Source: Cladosporium halotolerans
Lineage: Eukaryota
Direction of reading: 5' to 3'
DNA: 64,000 nt
NCBI RefSeq assembly: GCF_011745625.1
Contig: NW_027191460.1
Location: forward strand, 434,001-498,000
Shown in pieces: positions 46,270 to 57,200 of this stretch; position 1 is the stretch's first letter; each line of letters begins with the position of its first letter. The notes under the pieces are model-generated. The model searched no databases. It had not been told where the DNA came from and worked only from the letters and a program-made list of their open reading frames with translations. The position numbers and the translations under genes are program-made.

Positions 46270-46760
46270 GATTTCCCAAATAGGAAGTTACGAGATCGTC
46301 ACATGTAAGAGCATGTAAGTGAAGCGGACACTGACCGGGCACTGACCGGGCACTGACCGGGCACTGACCAGGCGCCGACTGTCCGGCATTAGTTGTCACT
46401 GACAGCCGCCCTTAGCAAACAAGGATTTCCCAAACAGGGAGCTCCATCGAAATCACGTGTCAAGCACGTTAGTGAAATACGTGTCACCCGGGTAGCCCAT
46501 GCGCCGAGGTCATCGCGCTCACGATCGCAACTCAAGAAAGCGAAGATTTCCTAATTAGGCAGTTGTGAGAAAAGCGGGGCCTGTCACATGCAAAGTCGCT
46601 GGTGACGTCGATTGTCGCATGTAAGTGAAGTGAAGTGAGCACAGCCGGAGCAAGTAAGCCGATGAATGCGGCGGGTCGCTGTCGAACGCCTCAAAAGCGA
46701 TGATTCCCGAATTAGGATGTTGCGAGAAGCGCTCGGGCTGGCGTGTAAGTGAAGTGGTCC
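46270..46760. promoter_or_regulatory. Four-unit degenerate array of MADS/Mcm1-type boxes with E-box and CATGTAAGTGAAG motifs
   Basis: Boxes TTTCCCAAATAGGAAG (46272), TTTCCCAAACAGGGAG (46426), TTTCCTAATTAGGCAG (46547) and TTCCCGAATTAGGATG (46704). The repeat is seen directly; a regulatory function is inferred. Confidence 0.55.
46329..46372. repeat. 11-bp tandem repeat (CACTGACCGGG) x4
   Basis: Three perfect copies and one copy with a single mismatch (CACTGACCAGG). Confidence 0.95.
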
Positions 46761-46910
46761 GGGAACATCATCGCACGCGTCGATGTGACCTGAGGATGGA
46801 TTGACACCGCCTGTTGTTGTTCAGTATTCCTACCATTTTCCGAAAGATGTACTCGTATACCAAGCTTGGCCATTTCTATAGAGGAAGCAAATATTATCAC
46901 ACTCATCCCT

Positions 46911-48921
46911 CTAGCCCCTCTTCCTCTGCTTCGCCCCACCCTTCGCCTCCTTTCCCGTCGCGCCCACAACACCCTCCACAACGTCCGCCCTCTCAGCCCC
47001 AGCCTTCGCATCCGGCGCCGCAGCCAAGGGCTTCGCAGCCAGCTTCTCCTCGACGGGCTCGTCGTCGTCGCCGCCCTGCCCGAACTCGTTGACGCGCGTG
47101 TGGTCGACCTTGTAGGCCCAGGTCTGGTAGATGTAGACGAAGAAGATGACGTCGTCGCGCAGGGTGGCGAGGCGGTGCAGGAAGGGCATCTTGATGGTGA
47201 AGGCGAAGAGGTCGTCGATGAAGGTGTTGAGGAACTTGTACGCCATCGCGCGGCCGGGCATGTGCGCGACGGACTTGAGGCGGTAGTTGATGTACAGGCT
47301 GGGAATCTGTTGGGAAGAGGTTAGCTTGAGGGGTTCTGGTGCGGGGGATAGATGGGAGCCAAGGATTGCGTACCATCATGAGGAAGCCGTAAGCGTAGAC
47401 GGAGCCGACGAGAGTGGTGATTATGAAGCTGTACCAGCTCTTGTGGGTCTCGTACATGAGCGAGTAGGCGGCGTAGGCGAGCAGAAGCGGGACGGCGATG
47501 ATACCCATGTACTTGAAGGCAATCCTGTCGTATTCCTCGGTCTTCTCCTCGGTCTCGGAAAGCTTGTGCTTGTCCTCGAACACGATGACATAGGGCAGGA
47601 TGCCGTGGAAGCGCGAGTTGGGGCCGGGCTCACGGACGCGCACGTTGACCGTCTTGGTGATCTTCCAGGCTTCGATGGCGATACCCATGCCCTGACCAAA
47701 GAGGATCATCCAAGAGGTGTTCTCGTTGTTGTCCATAAGGTAGAGGAAGATGATGAGCTGCATGAAGACGTTGGTCAGGATGGTGCGAACGGAGACACCA
47801 ACATTGTCCTTCTTCTTGCGCCAGTGGCCGACATCACTCTTGAAGGCAAGCAGCTCGAAGATCATGTGCAACACGCTGACGACGGCGGTGGTACCGAGAA
47901 GGTACATGTTCGAATCGAGCAGAATCTCCTTGAACATCTCCATCTCGCTACCGTCGCCGCCGCCAGGGGTCGACTGGCCTTGTGCAGCCTTGCGAGCGGT
48001 TTCCTTCATTCCCTCGTCCATTGAAGCCATCACGTTGAATTGCCAGTTGGCCAAGGTCGAAAGGCGAATGTTCATGGGGAGGGTGTCGAAAGGAATCGTG
48101 GTGTTGAGCTCGACCATATCCTTTTTCATCTGCCAGAATGTGTTGTGGTACACGATAGGGTAGAAGTATCCGTTCTTGCCGCTTTCATCACGAGCGCCAG
48201 TCGCCTCGAGCATGTAGAACTGCTTGACAGCAGGGTGAAGAGCCCCGTAGGCGGCAGGACCAGCGTTGTTGATGAAAGATAGCGTGAAGTTGGAGTGGTA
48301 GTAAGAAGCAACAGTTGCGCCTTGGGCCTCAGGCTCTTCCTCGACCTCCTCCATGGTATCCTGACTTTCGAGCAGATTGCGCGTCTTGTGAACCTTCTTC
48401 TTTCCAAGGTACTGCGTCAGGGGTCTTAGCATGCGGTATGCCGTCGCGGGGTCATAGTTGGGAGAAGCCGGGTCGAGCTCAGCACCAGTCTGGCCAATAA
48501 AGATGTGTGCAAACAGAGTTCCGTTGTTCTGGACGCTCTTGGGTACCGAGATGCTCGTAGTAATCTCACGTGTGTCCTTGCCCTCCAGCGAAAAGTTCTT
48601 CTCTTCCAGAACCAGGCTTCCAGCCGGCATAGCACTCAGAGGCGGCAGGACAACACTGGGCGAGACGTACAGGCTGACATCGACATTCGGATTGGTGGGC
48701 CACAGAGGAGTGACGCCGACGGGCACTGCGCTCCATGCGCCAGGCTCGGAGCCGCCTGGGGCGGCAACGTCGGGTGTCGCAGGCGCTGCTTTCTGACCTC
48801 CTCCGGTGAACTGCTTGACTGCGTACTGGATACCGACGAAGATGGCGATGTTCTTGCCAATGGACCAGAAGTCCCAGTTTCCACCGCCGGCGTCGGCTGC
48901 TGCTGCTTCGGCCTCGGGCAT
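46911..48921 (-). CDS. CLPTM1-family membrane protein; exons 48921-47374, 47306-46911
   Basis: Motifs VQNNGTLFAH, LHMIFELLAFKSD, AIEAWKITK, T.EYD.IAFKY and, after intron 47373-47307, PSLYINYRLKSVAHMP...YKFLNTFIDDLFAF. Confidence 0.92.
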
Positions 48922-49765
48922 TTCGGCGATTGTTTTGCGGTCGATGCCGCGAAGGGGTATGGTGAGATCAAGCAAATGTGCAGACGTGCAGAGAGAAGGG
49001 GAGACACGTCGGAGACAAAAGTTGGGCGAGCTGCTTGAGACCCACGTGTTTCTTCCAGGCCCTAGCGGGGAGATGAGGGCGTGCGCGCTGCGGCTTTGGG
49101 ACGATAAGGCCTAGAGCTGGCCGAGGTCAGTTGACATATGCCTTATTATTGTTCAATATTCCCAAGCTATCATTATGTGCGGGTCTAAAACGATTGCGTG
49201 TCGTCAGCAAAGCCAGTCCCATTCCCGATGTCTTGTTGTTCGAGGATGAATAGCACAGGCGCTTTCACACCTCGAACCCTCAGGCAGGCGGCATCTCCAC
49301 CCAAGCTCCAGATGCCGTGATGGCAGGCGGTGGCGTGCTGAGTCGCGCTGCGGCACGAGACCGCTAGCCGCAGCGTCGGGCAGCGGGAACAGCCGGCGCC
49401 GACGTGAAAGCCGGGGTAGGTAGCGTAGCGCATCGTCACTGGTCTCACTCACTCGCTGCCTTATCACAGACGCACGCAGCGCTGAGCCATCCTCGTCCGC
49501 TCGCTGCCTCTTGCTCACATCACCTGCGACGCCCGGTGAATGGGCTCCCTCAGCAACCGCCTCCCGTCTCCCACCTCCTCCCATACAACCAGCAACCGCA
49601 GTAACTTCTCGCCAACCGCCACACCGCGCCGGACATTCCTCGCTGCATCCGGCGCATCGATTCGATCCGTTGCTACACCGGCCTGCCTTCACCGCGGCTG
49701 AGCAGGCCTGACAACACCGCAGCCCGTCGTCTTGCCACACCACCTATCCTACGCTCACAGGCGAC

Positions 49766-52091
49766 ATGTTCTCCGAATGTAAGTGTCCAGCAATTCTTAT
49801 CCATCGACACCTGCAGCCCGAGTCTCCCGTTTGTCTCAGCACGTTGATGGTCATGAGCTGCCCGTGATCGCGTGACTGACCTGCTTCTTCCGGCAGATGC
49901 CTCGCGCTTCCTACAACAGTCAAATGTCGGTCTGTCCTTCACCCAACAAGACGATCAACGCACTCCATCGCGCACTCCACTCGACCGCCGACGACTAGCT
50001 AGCAACTCGCGTTACGTTCAACGTCCCGGCATGCCTAATCCATACACGAACCCGACCTCGTCACAGTCACGCTTTCCCTTCGCCTCGAGGCTTTCACGAC
50101 AGGACCCTCAGGCGCCCCTGTTCTACTCGGCCACAAATGACTTCCACGATGAAGATGAAGGTGACGAGCATGAAAGAGAAGTAGCCGATTTCTATGCGCT
50201 GCAGCGTAGCCGGCAGCATTTTGGTCCGAGTAATCTCACTGAAAGCTCAGAAATGGACGACGATGGACTTGAGAAAGCACAAGGGCAGTCTGGTGAGCAA
50301 GACCATGACAGAGACACAAGTACACACAGAGGAAGGACGCGTGCTTCGAGGGCGTTGCCCGGCAGAGATGGAAGCATACCGGACTCGGAAGTCAGCTCTC
50401 CTAGTTCTAAAGGGAAGGGACGGCTGGTGGATATCAACTTGGCCAGTACCATCAACGAGGAGCCTCCGGAGTCGTTGGCAGCTCTTTCGCACATGCAGGA
50501 CACCGATGACGATCCGGCACCTTTCCAGACCTTCCGAACGCCCCCACGCGACACCAAGTACAGCTCGATTTTGCCTCGTGAGACCGATGAGGAAGCTATG
50601 ATTGGCATGCCTTCATCTCGTTCGCCTCAATCGCCAGACCGAGAAAGTGTGCCACCTACACTTATCCTTCCGGCCCAAGAGCCGCCACAGCATGATGCTT
50701 TCTGGGCCAATATTTTCCAGATTTCTCTCTTCGCCATGTTCGGAGGGTTTGTCCTGATCTGGTTCCACACATCAGCGCCTTCCTCGAAGACCCCGCTTGG
50801 AGACACCATCTACAGTGCACTACGCAGCAGCACCAATATGCTTTTGTGGGATACGATGATTGCCGTTGTCGTCGCCTGCATTTGGCTCTCTCTGCTGAGA
50901 CACTACGTGCGCGCCTTGGTGTACGGCCTAATCATTGCTGTGCCGGTTGTACTCTTCTCCTTCGCATTGTACCCGCTTATCAGCAGCTTTCAAGGAGCCT
51001 ACAACGGAAGCAGTTTCCAGGACCGAGCGATGCGCTGCCTGTCGTTTATTCCTGCGCTCCTCGGTGCATTTTGGACAGTCAGCGTCATCAAGTCGCGTCA
51101 CAGCCTGGCCAAATCGATTGGAATACTAGAGTTCAGCACCAAGATCTTGACCGCAAGTCCATACCTCGTCGTGTTAGGCTTCGGCACGCTTGCCGTGACT
51201 GTGCTCTTCACCTGGGTTTGGATGTTGATGTTCGAGCGCATCTTCCTCTCCGGCACTTTCGTGGGCGCGAAGAAATTCATCATCGATGCTAATAGCTGGT
51301 GGCTTGGAGCTTTCTTCGTCCTGCAGTACCTGTGGTCCCTTGGTGTCATCGCAGGAGTCCAGCGCACCACAACAGCAGCCACTGTAAGCCAGTGGTACTT
51401 TCACCGCTTTGCGCCGCAGCAACCGACAAGCGAGCAAGTCGTGAAGGCTAGCTTCCTTCACTCTACTGGGGCTCTGCTTGGATCTGTCTGCCTGAGCACT
51501 TTTCTAAGCCTGTTGGTACGCCTGCCGTTGATCATCCTCCCTGCTCGGCTGTCCGGTCTTCTCAACATGTGTGCCTTCGCTCTGATACCGAGCTCTCTCG
51601 CCACGCTCACGAACCCTCTGACCTTGACCTATGCGGCGGTTCATTCTCAACCCCTGGGCATCTCTGCCCGTAATCTGGGCACGCTCAACTTCGTTTCCCG
51701 CACCAACCCGTCCAACACCCTGAACCCGCGCAATTTCAGCCCCGTCGGCAACCCCTCCAGCTCCCTAATGCCTTACCGCCTCTCCAAGCTGCTCCTCCAA
51801 GCAACCCGCTGGGTCATGTCTTTCGCCCTCGGCTTCGGGGGCTGGGTACGCACGGCACATCACCTTAAGGTCGCTGGCACCGATGCTGGCATCAGAGGCA
51901 GTTTGTACGCGTACGTCGTCGGTCTCATCGCGGGAACCATCGGTTTCGCCGTCCTAGGCGCTATTGAGAACGTCGTCGGTGCCGTGCTCGACGCGGCTGT
52001 CGTTTGCTGGGCCAGCGAGACAGCGGGCGGCAGGGGCGAGGCGAGGTACTGTCGGGAGGCTGGCGAGATGTTCGGCGACGATGCCTTTTAG
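49766..52091 (+). CDS. Choline transporter-like (CTL/SLC44) family membrane protein; exons 49766-49778, 49897-52091
   Basis: MFSEYASRF after splicing intron 49779-49896; long disordered N-terminus, multiple TM helices, motifs TVSQWYF and GSVCLS. Confidence 0.8.
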
Positions 52092-52500
52092 TGTACTTCG
52101 GTGCTTAGTCATAGTATTGCCAGTCCGGCAATGTCTTTTTGTTTGGGGCTCCATACTGGAGTCCTTGTTTGGATTTCTTCAGGCGTTCAAGGGTAGGATG
52201 CAGGCGCTCGCTGAAGACGGGCAGGGTCAGAATCGCGCATACCCCGGCGGGCGATTCTCACAGAACTGGGTGGGTTTTACAGGCTTTGGCGTTTCGGCAG
52301 GGCGCTTTGGGCTTTTGTTTCTTAGTTTTCTCTACATCATATCCAACCTGAGCCCTCTTTGCTCGCGGCAGCGATGGCGACGGAGCAGGTGATTATTCAT
52401 TACATACAGGACGCTACCTTACGCTCGAACGAAACAGGAATTATTACAGAAGTCCCCAATCTCAGGACACACATCGTCTCGTGCGCTTTCATAGTCGCAA

Positions 52501-53577
52501 TCAACTACCACCACCCCCTTCGCTCCCCTCCCCCGTCACAAGCCCATACTCCCCCTCGCGCCCCCTACTCCCCAGCTTCGACATCCCCCACGCGCCCCAC
52601 CCGACGATCGCAAACACCCACAGCTCCGCATACGGCCCGAAGATTATCAGCAGGAACGCCACGGCCTCCTGCGCGCCCGCGCTCCAGGTCGGGTACGTGT
52701 CTGCGACCCAGAGCAGCGCGATGTCGACGACGATGAAGGCGCTGCGCAGCAGGATCAGGGGCACCGCGAGCAGGGCCAGGCGCGTCAGGATCGGGCGCTC
52801 GGCGGCCTGGGAGGAAGGGTGTTAGTTGGGGGGGTTTGGGGATGGGATAGGATGGGATAGGATGGGATTGTGGCAACGTACGTCTCGCGAGCTGTTGTTC
52901 TTCACTTGCTTGAAGCGCCGGATCGCTTCTGTCGAGACGCTGGTGGACGCGCCGACGACGCACGCGCGGAAGACGGTATAGGTTATGCGCGCGGCGCGGT
53001 CGGCTTGCAGCACGGTGCCGTAGCGGGAGGCGGGCGTGTAGGATGAGGCTGCGAGGCCGAAGGACGCGAAGCCCGTGCCGAGCATGGCTGTGAGGAGCAG
53101 GGTGTTGAGGGCGATGGAGAGCCAGCTGGGCTGCCCGATGGCGAGGCCGTTGGAGGTCGCGTGCGAGGAGTGCAGCCATACGGCGCCGTTGAGAGCGACG
53201 GTGGAGAGGATGAAGGCGACGGCGTTGAGGAAGCTGAGGTTTGTGGAGGTTGTGCTTGGGGAGGAGTTCGGGTTGGTGGTGTCGTAGTGGAGGGAGAAGG
53301 CGTGGGTTATGGATATTGGTGAGGAGGCGTCGGTTTGTAGGGCGACGCTGGCGGCTGTGGCGGCTTGGGCGATGGCCAGGCAGAGGATGCCGAGGAGGAG
53401 GAAGGCGAGGGTGCCTTTTGGAGAAGTCCGATTGGAACGGTGGCGGGAGGCTCGGTGGGTGAAGAGGCTGATGGCCAGATATGTGATTACGAGGGTGAGG
53501 AGGAAGGCTAGGACTGCGACCACCACCTGTAGGGCGAACACGCCACGGACGGCTGATTGAGCTGAGGACAAAGACAT
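52501..53577 (-). CDS. Uncharacterised multi-pass membrane protein (about 7 TM); exons 53577-52882, 52806-52501
   Basis: Intron 52881-52807 (GTACGT...CTAAC...CAG) joins two hydrophobic ORFs in frame. About seven hydrophobic segments by eye. Confidence 0.68.
52841..52870. repeat. 10-bp tandem repeat (GATGGGATAG) x3 inside an intron
   Basis: Two perfect copies followed by GATGGGATTG. Confidence 0.85.
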
Positions 53578-54228
53578 GTGGTGGACAGCCCGTGATGGAC
53601 AAGCAGAGAGGACGATGGGAATGGGAATGGCAGAAAGTCGAGAGAGGAAAAGATGAGCACCTACCTTTTACCCACCTGCTATGGTGAAAGACAGGAGAGG
53701 CAACCGTAAGAACTTGCTTGTATCAGTTGTTGGCAGTGAGTTCATAGTCGGTCATCGCATTATTGGCCAAGAGTGCTAGGGCTGAGGTCCGCGGCGCGAT
53801 GTGCCGACCTCTTGGACCGGGCTGTCTCAAGATTGAGCCCGAAAGTTTTACCGTTTCGATTGAGCATAATCCCCTCGTTCGCTATCGACTTGATCCGACC
53901 TTCCGAGTACTCTCAATAGCGGGCCATGTTCTTTTCCAAGGGTCAAGGTCAGGAGGCAGAGGTGATGGAGGTGGACAGGCAAATTCGGGACGAACTCCTA
54001 GCGCATGACGGTTTGACAGTTGCTGCGGAGAGCGACCCGAGTTCCGAGAGTTGGTGGCTGTGGAAGTGGACCTCGATATATCAATGTTTTTTTTTGACGT
54101 CTATCCTATATAAGCTGTCTTTTCATTATCGTTATCATCAATCGTTAACCGAAATCGCATCCGAAGATCCCTTGTGCAGCAATTGTTCAGAAGCCAGATG
54201 GAACAGCTCCCGGAATCGTCACCAAGTG

Positions 54229-57200
54229 TTACAGATCCAGTGCATCGAAAACTTCCTCGTCGTAGTCGAGATCAAAGTCACTATCGACTGGGTCTTCCGG
54301 CAGTATATACTCTGCATCGAACTGATCCCAATCTGTTGGCTTCTTGGGCTTCTTTATCGATCTAATCCGGTCCACCACCCGTTTGCCGCTCTCACTCTGG
54401 GACTTTAGGTAGCATACCACCTCATGCGCCACTGTCACCATGAACTTTTTCTTCTTCCCGTAGTGGTGCCGCGCAAGAACGGCGACTATGAAACAGTCCC
54501 ATGTCGTGGGTGCCGTTGGACCAGGGCGATACCTCCACACTGGGTTGTCCGTGGCTGTTGGCTGAATGCAGTTGTAGAGCTCGATGCACTCGCCGAGTAG
54601 CTTGTCCCGGTTTTTGCAAGAATGGAACACCAATTTCCACTTGTCAAATGCAGTCGCCAATTGCTCGTTGAGTTGCTTGAGTTCAGCATCGACGAGATGT
54701 GGATCGATCAAGGTGAGAACATACTCAAGGTCAGGCTCCTTACTGATTTCCTGCGCAGGTATCACATACGTCTTGCGGAATTGTTCAAGATGCTCAAGGA
54801 AGAGAGGATTGATGATGTTGAACAGCAGATCATCGAGGATGTGTTTCGACCTTCTCCCGCGCTCCTGGGCCTGGCCCAAGACGCTCCGGAGAGTTTGTTG
54901 CTTGCTCTCACTTTGAGGATCACGCTCGAATTTTACGGCCTTCAGGTTCTTGAGGTATGCACGCTCACGAAGTCTGCTCCGTTCAGGGCATGTGTTTCTG
55001 TGCTTCCGAAGAAAAGCTGCAAAGTCGGCTTGGTCGAAAAGGTAGCCGTTCTTGGCAGCATCAATGATGAGATCGTGTAGATCCACTGCCAGCAGAAAGC
55101 CAGCATCTAGAAAGTTGTTGCGAGAGTACTGGAGCTCATTGCAGTAGTTTGTAATGATCCCGAGAGTCTGCGGGCGGAAAGCAAACGGTAGCACAATCTT
55201 GAGCCACGCTTCGACATGCTCGTTCGTGCCGAAAAGCTCGTCAGGAACAATGTCCTTCAGCTTTCGCTTCTCTTGACGAATGTCGAAAAAGTCCATCCCG
55301 CATGGCTCTAACAAAGGCGCATTAAGGAATGGTCCGACAAGTCTCTCGTCTGCGCATACCCAAAACTTATCACCGTCGTAATCACCTCCCTGCAGCTTCG
55401 CGGCAAGCGGGATCTGACCTCGTGACGGCATGACGATAACATCCTTCAAATGAGCCAGCTGTGGGTGACAAATGCAGGACACTTTCTGAATGTCGGAGCC
55501 GCGGATGGCGGGATGCCGGGCTACCAAGACGTCTGTTCCTGCGAACATGACGAACGACTTTTTCGTGCGCTCGTCCGTAAGTGGACGAGACAGGGATAGG
55601 TGTACTTTGCCCGGCTCGAGTACCCCGTGAGGATCGGCGATTCCGAAGACCATGGTCGACTCCAAGCATGGGAACTCGCATAGTCTGCGCTCCCTCTGGA
55701 GATCCATCTCTTGCAGGCGCTCTAAAGACTCCGCCAGCGCCGCGCATTCGGTTGGCATGTAACCTGCTTCGTCCATCAGGATTTGAACCCTTGTATCATG
55801 TTTTTTGGGTAAGCCAAGATTGCCATTTTTCTGCCTGCTTTCAGACCAGCCGAAGCGTTGATGTCGTAGCAATGCCAGCTTAGCTGGGTCACTCATTGCA
55901 TCCTGCCATTCCTCAATGTACGAAGTAGTCGATTTAGCCGCAATTCCAGCCAGAGCGTCCCGTGGTACGTGACGATCCCTGAGGATCGGTATGAAGTCCT
56001 TGTATAGTACTGAAGGCTTTGGAGTCCTTGACCATTCGTTGACGTCGAAGGACCACCTGTCCTTCTCGCATTGTGACGGGTCTAGGTCCTCCGCTCGTGG
56101 CACTATCTTCCTCTGGCTGTGTCGCAGCTCAATCCATACATCCCTATGATCACATTCTAAGGTGTCGTAGGCTGCACTGACGTGCCAGATGCCTTTGTGT
56201 CCATTGATTCGGGCCTGGAAAACTGCGGGACACTCATCGATGCCCAGTCTCTCGCGAATTAGCAAAGCTGCTCCAACAGAGATTCTTGCGCAGCCGTCGG
56301 TCATGACTTCGGAGGGATTGAGGACCTTCCGAGGCCTCTCTCGGAACATCGGGTCGCGATCTTCGAACCTCGCATCCTCGATTTCTCCATTAGCTTGTAT
56401 GTCATCAATGGGTCGAATTTGCGTTGGTTGGAATGAGATTGTCTGCAATGTTCTGCTGACGTTGAGATCGATACGTGCGTGCGCCTTGCAGACCGGTTGC
56501 GATCCGTTCTCTCTGAAATCGATCATCCAATTCAGAAAGCCAAAATGCGAGAGGGGCTCCGTGATGCCGTCACCGTCGAGCGCGAAAAGGGTTAATTTCC
56601 AGGTCTCGCAGGCGTCCAGGATCCGCTTCTTTTCAATCTTTTTGACAATATCGTCGACGTGAAAAGCACACCAGGCCCTGCCGAAAACTTTGAGAGGCTT
56701 CGTGATCCAGTCTATGAACGCTGATGCAAGAGCCTCCTTTTGACCAGTGAGGTGAGCGGGCAGGTTGTCTGTGAGCGATGGTACTTTCAGCGTGAGAACT
56801 CTGTCACATCCGAAACGTCTCTCGACTCTTGATGGCTTGCACTCTTTTCTGGTCGGTTGCAAGCTGAGCTGGAAAAGGGGAGCGTTGTCGCTCTTCTGGT
56901 TCAGAACAATCTTGCCGTTCATGACAAGAGTGGGATGGTTCGGTGCATTGAGATCCCATATCGAAGGATGAGATAGGAGATTTGACCGGAGCTCGTGGGC
57001 GGACAACATCGATTTGGCACCTTGATGATCCTGAATGGCGTCTGCTTGCTTCCTCGTAAGACTGAACTCGCGGAGCAGGCGGGCTCGTTCCACAGATATG
57101 ACATACCCAACGTTGTCGTCGTACACGTAGTCATATTCTGCGCCGAGATTGCTTTTGGACAAAGCCCTGATCTGGTGATGCCAACATTGTTTCCGCTGCT

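Noticed and set aside
46270..46760. CRISPR-like or point-centromere reading of the repeat/spacer array
   Set aside because: The context is eukaryotic with no cas genes, and the repeats are degenerate with uneven spacers. There is no AT-rich CDEII-like core, and point centromeres are not expected in filamentous ascomycetes.
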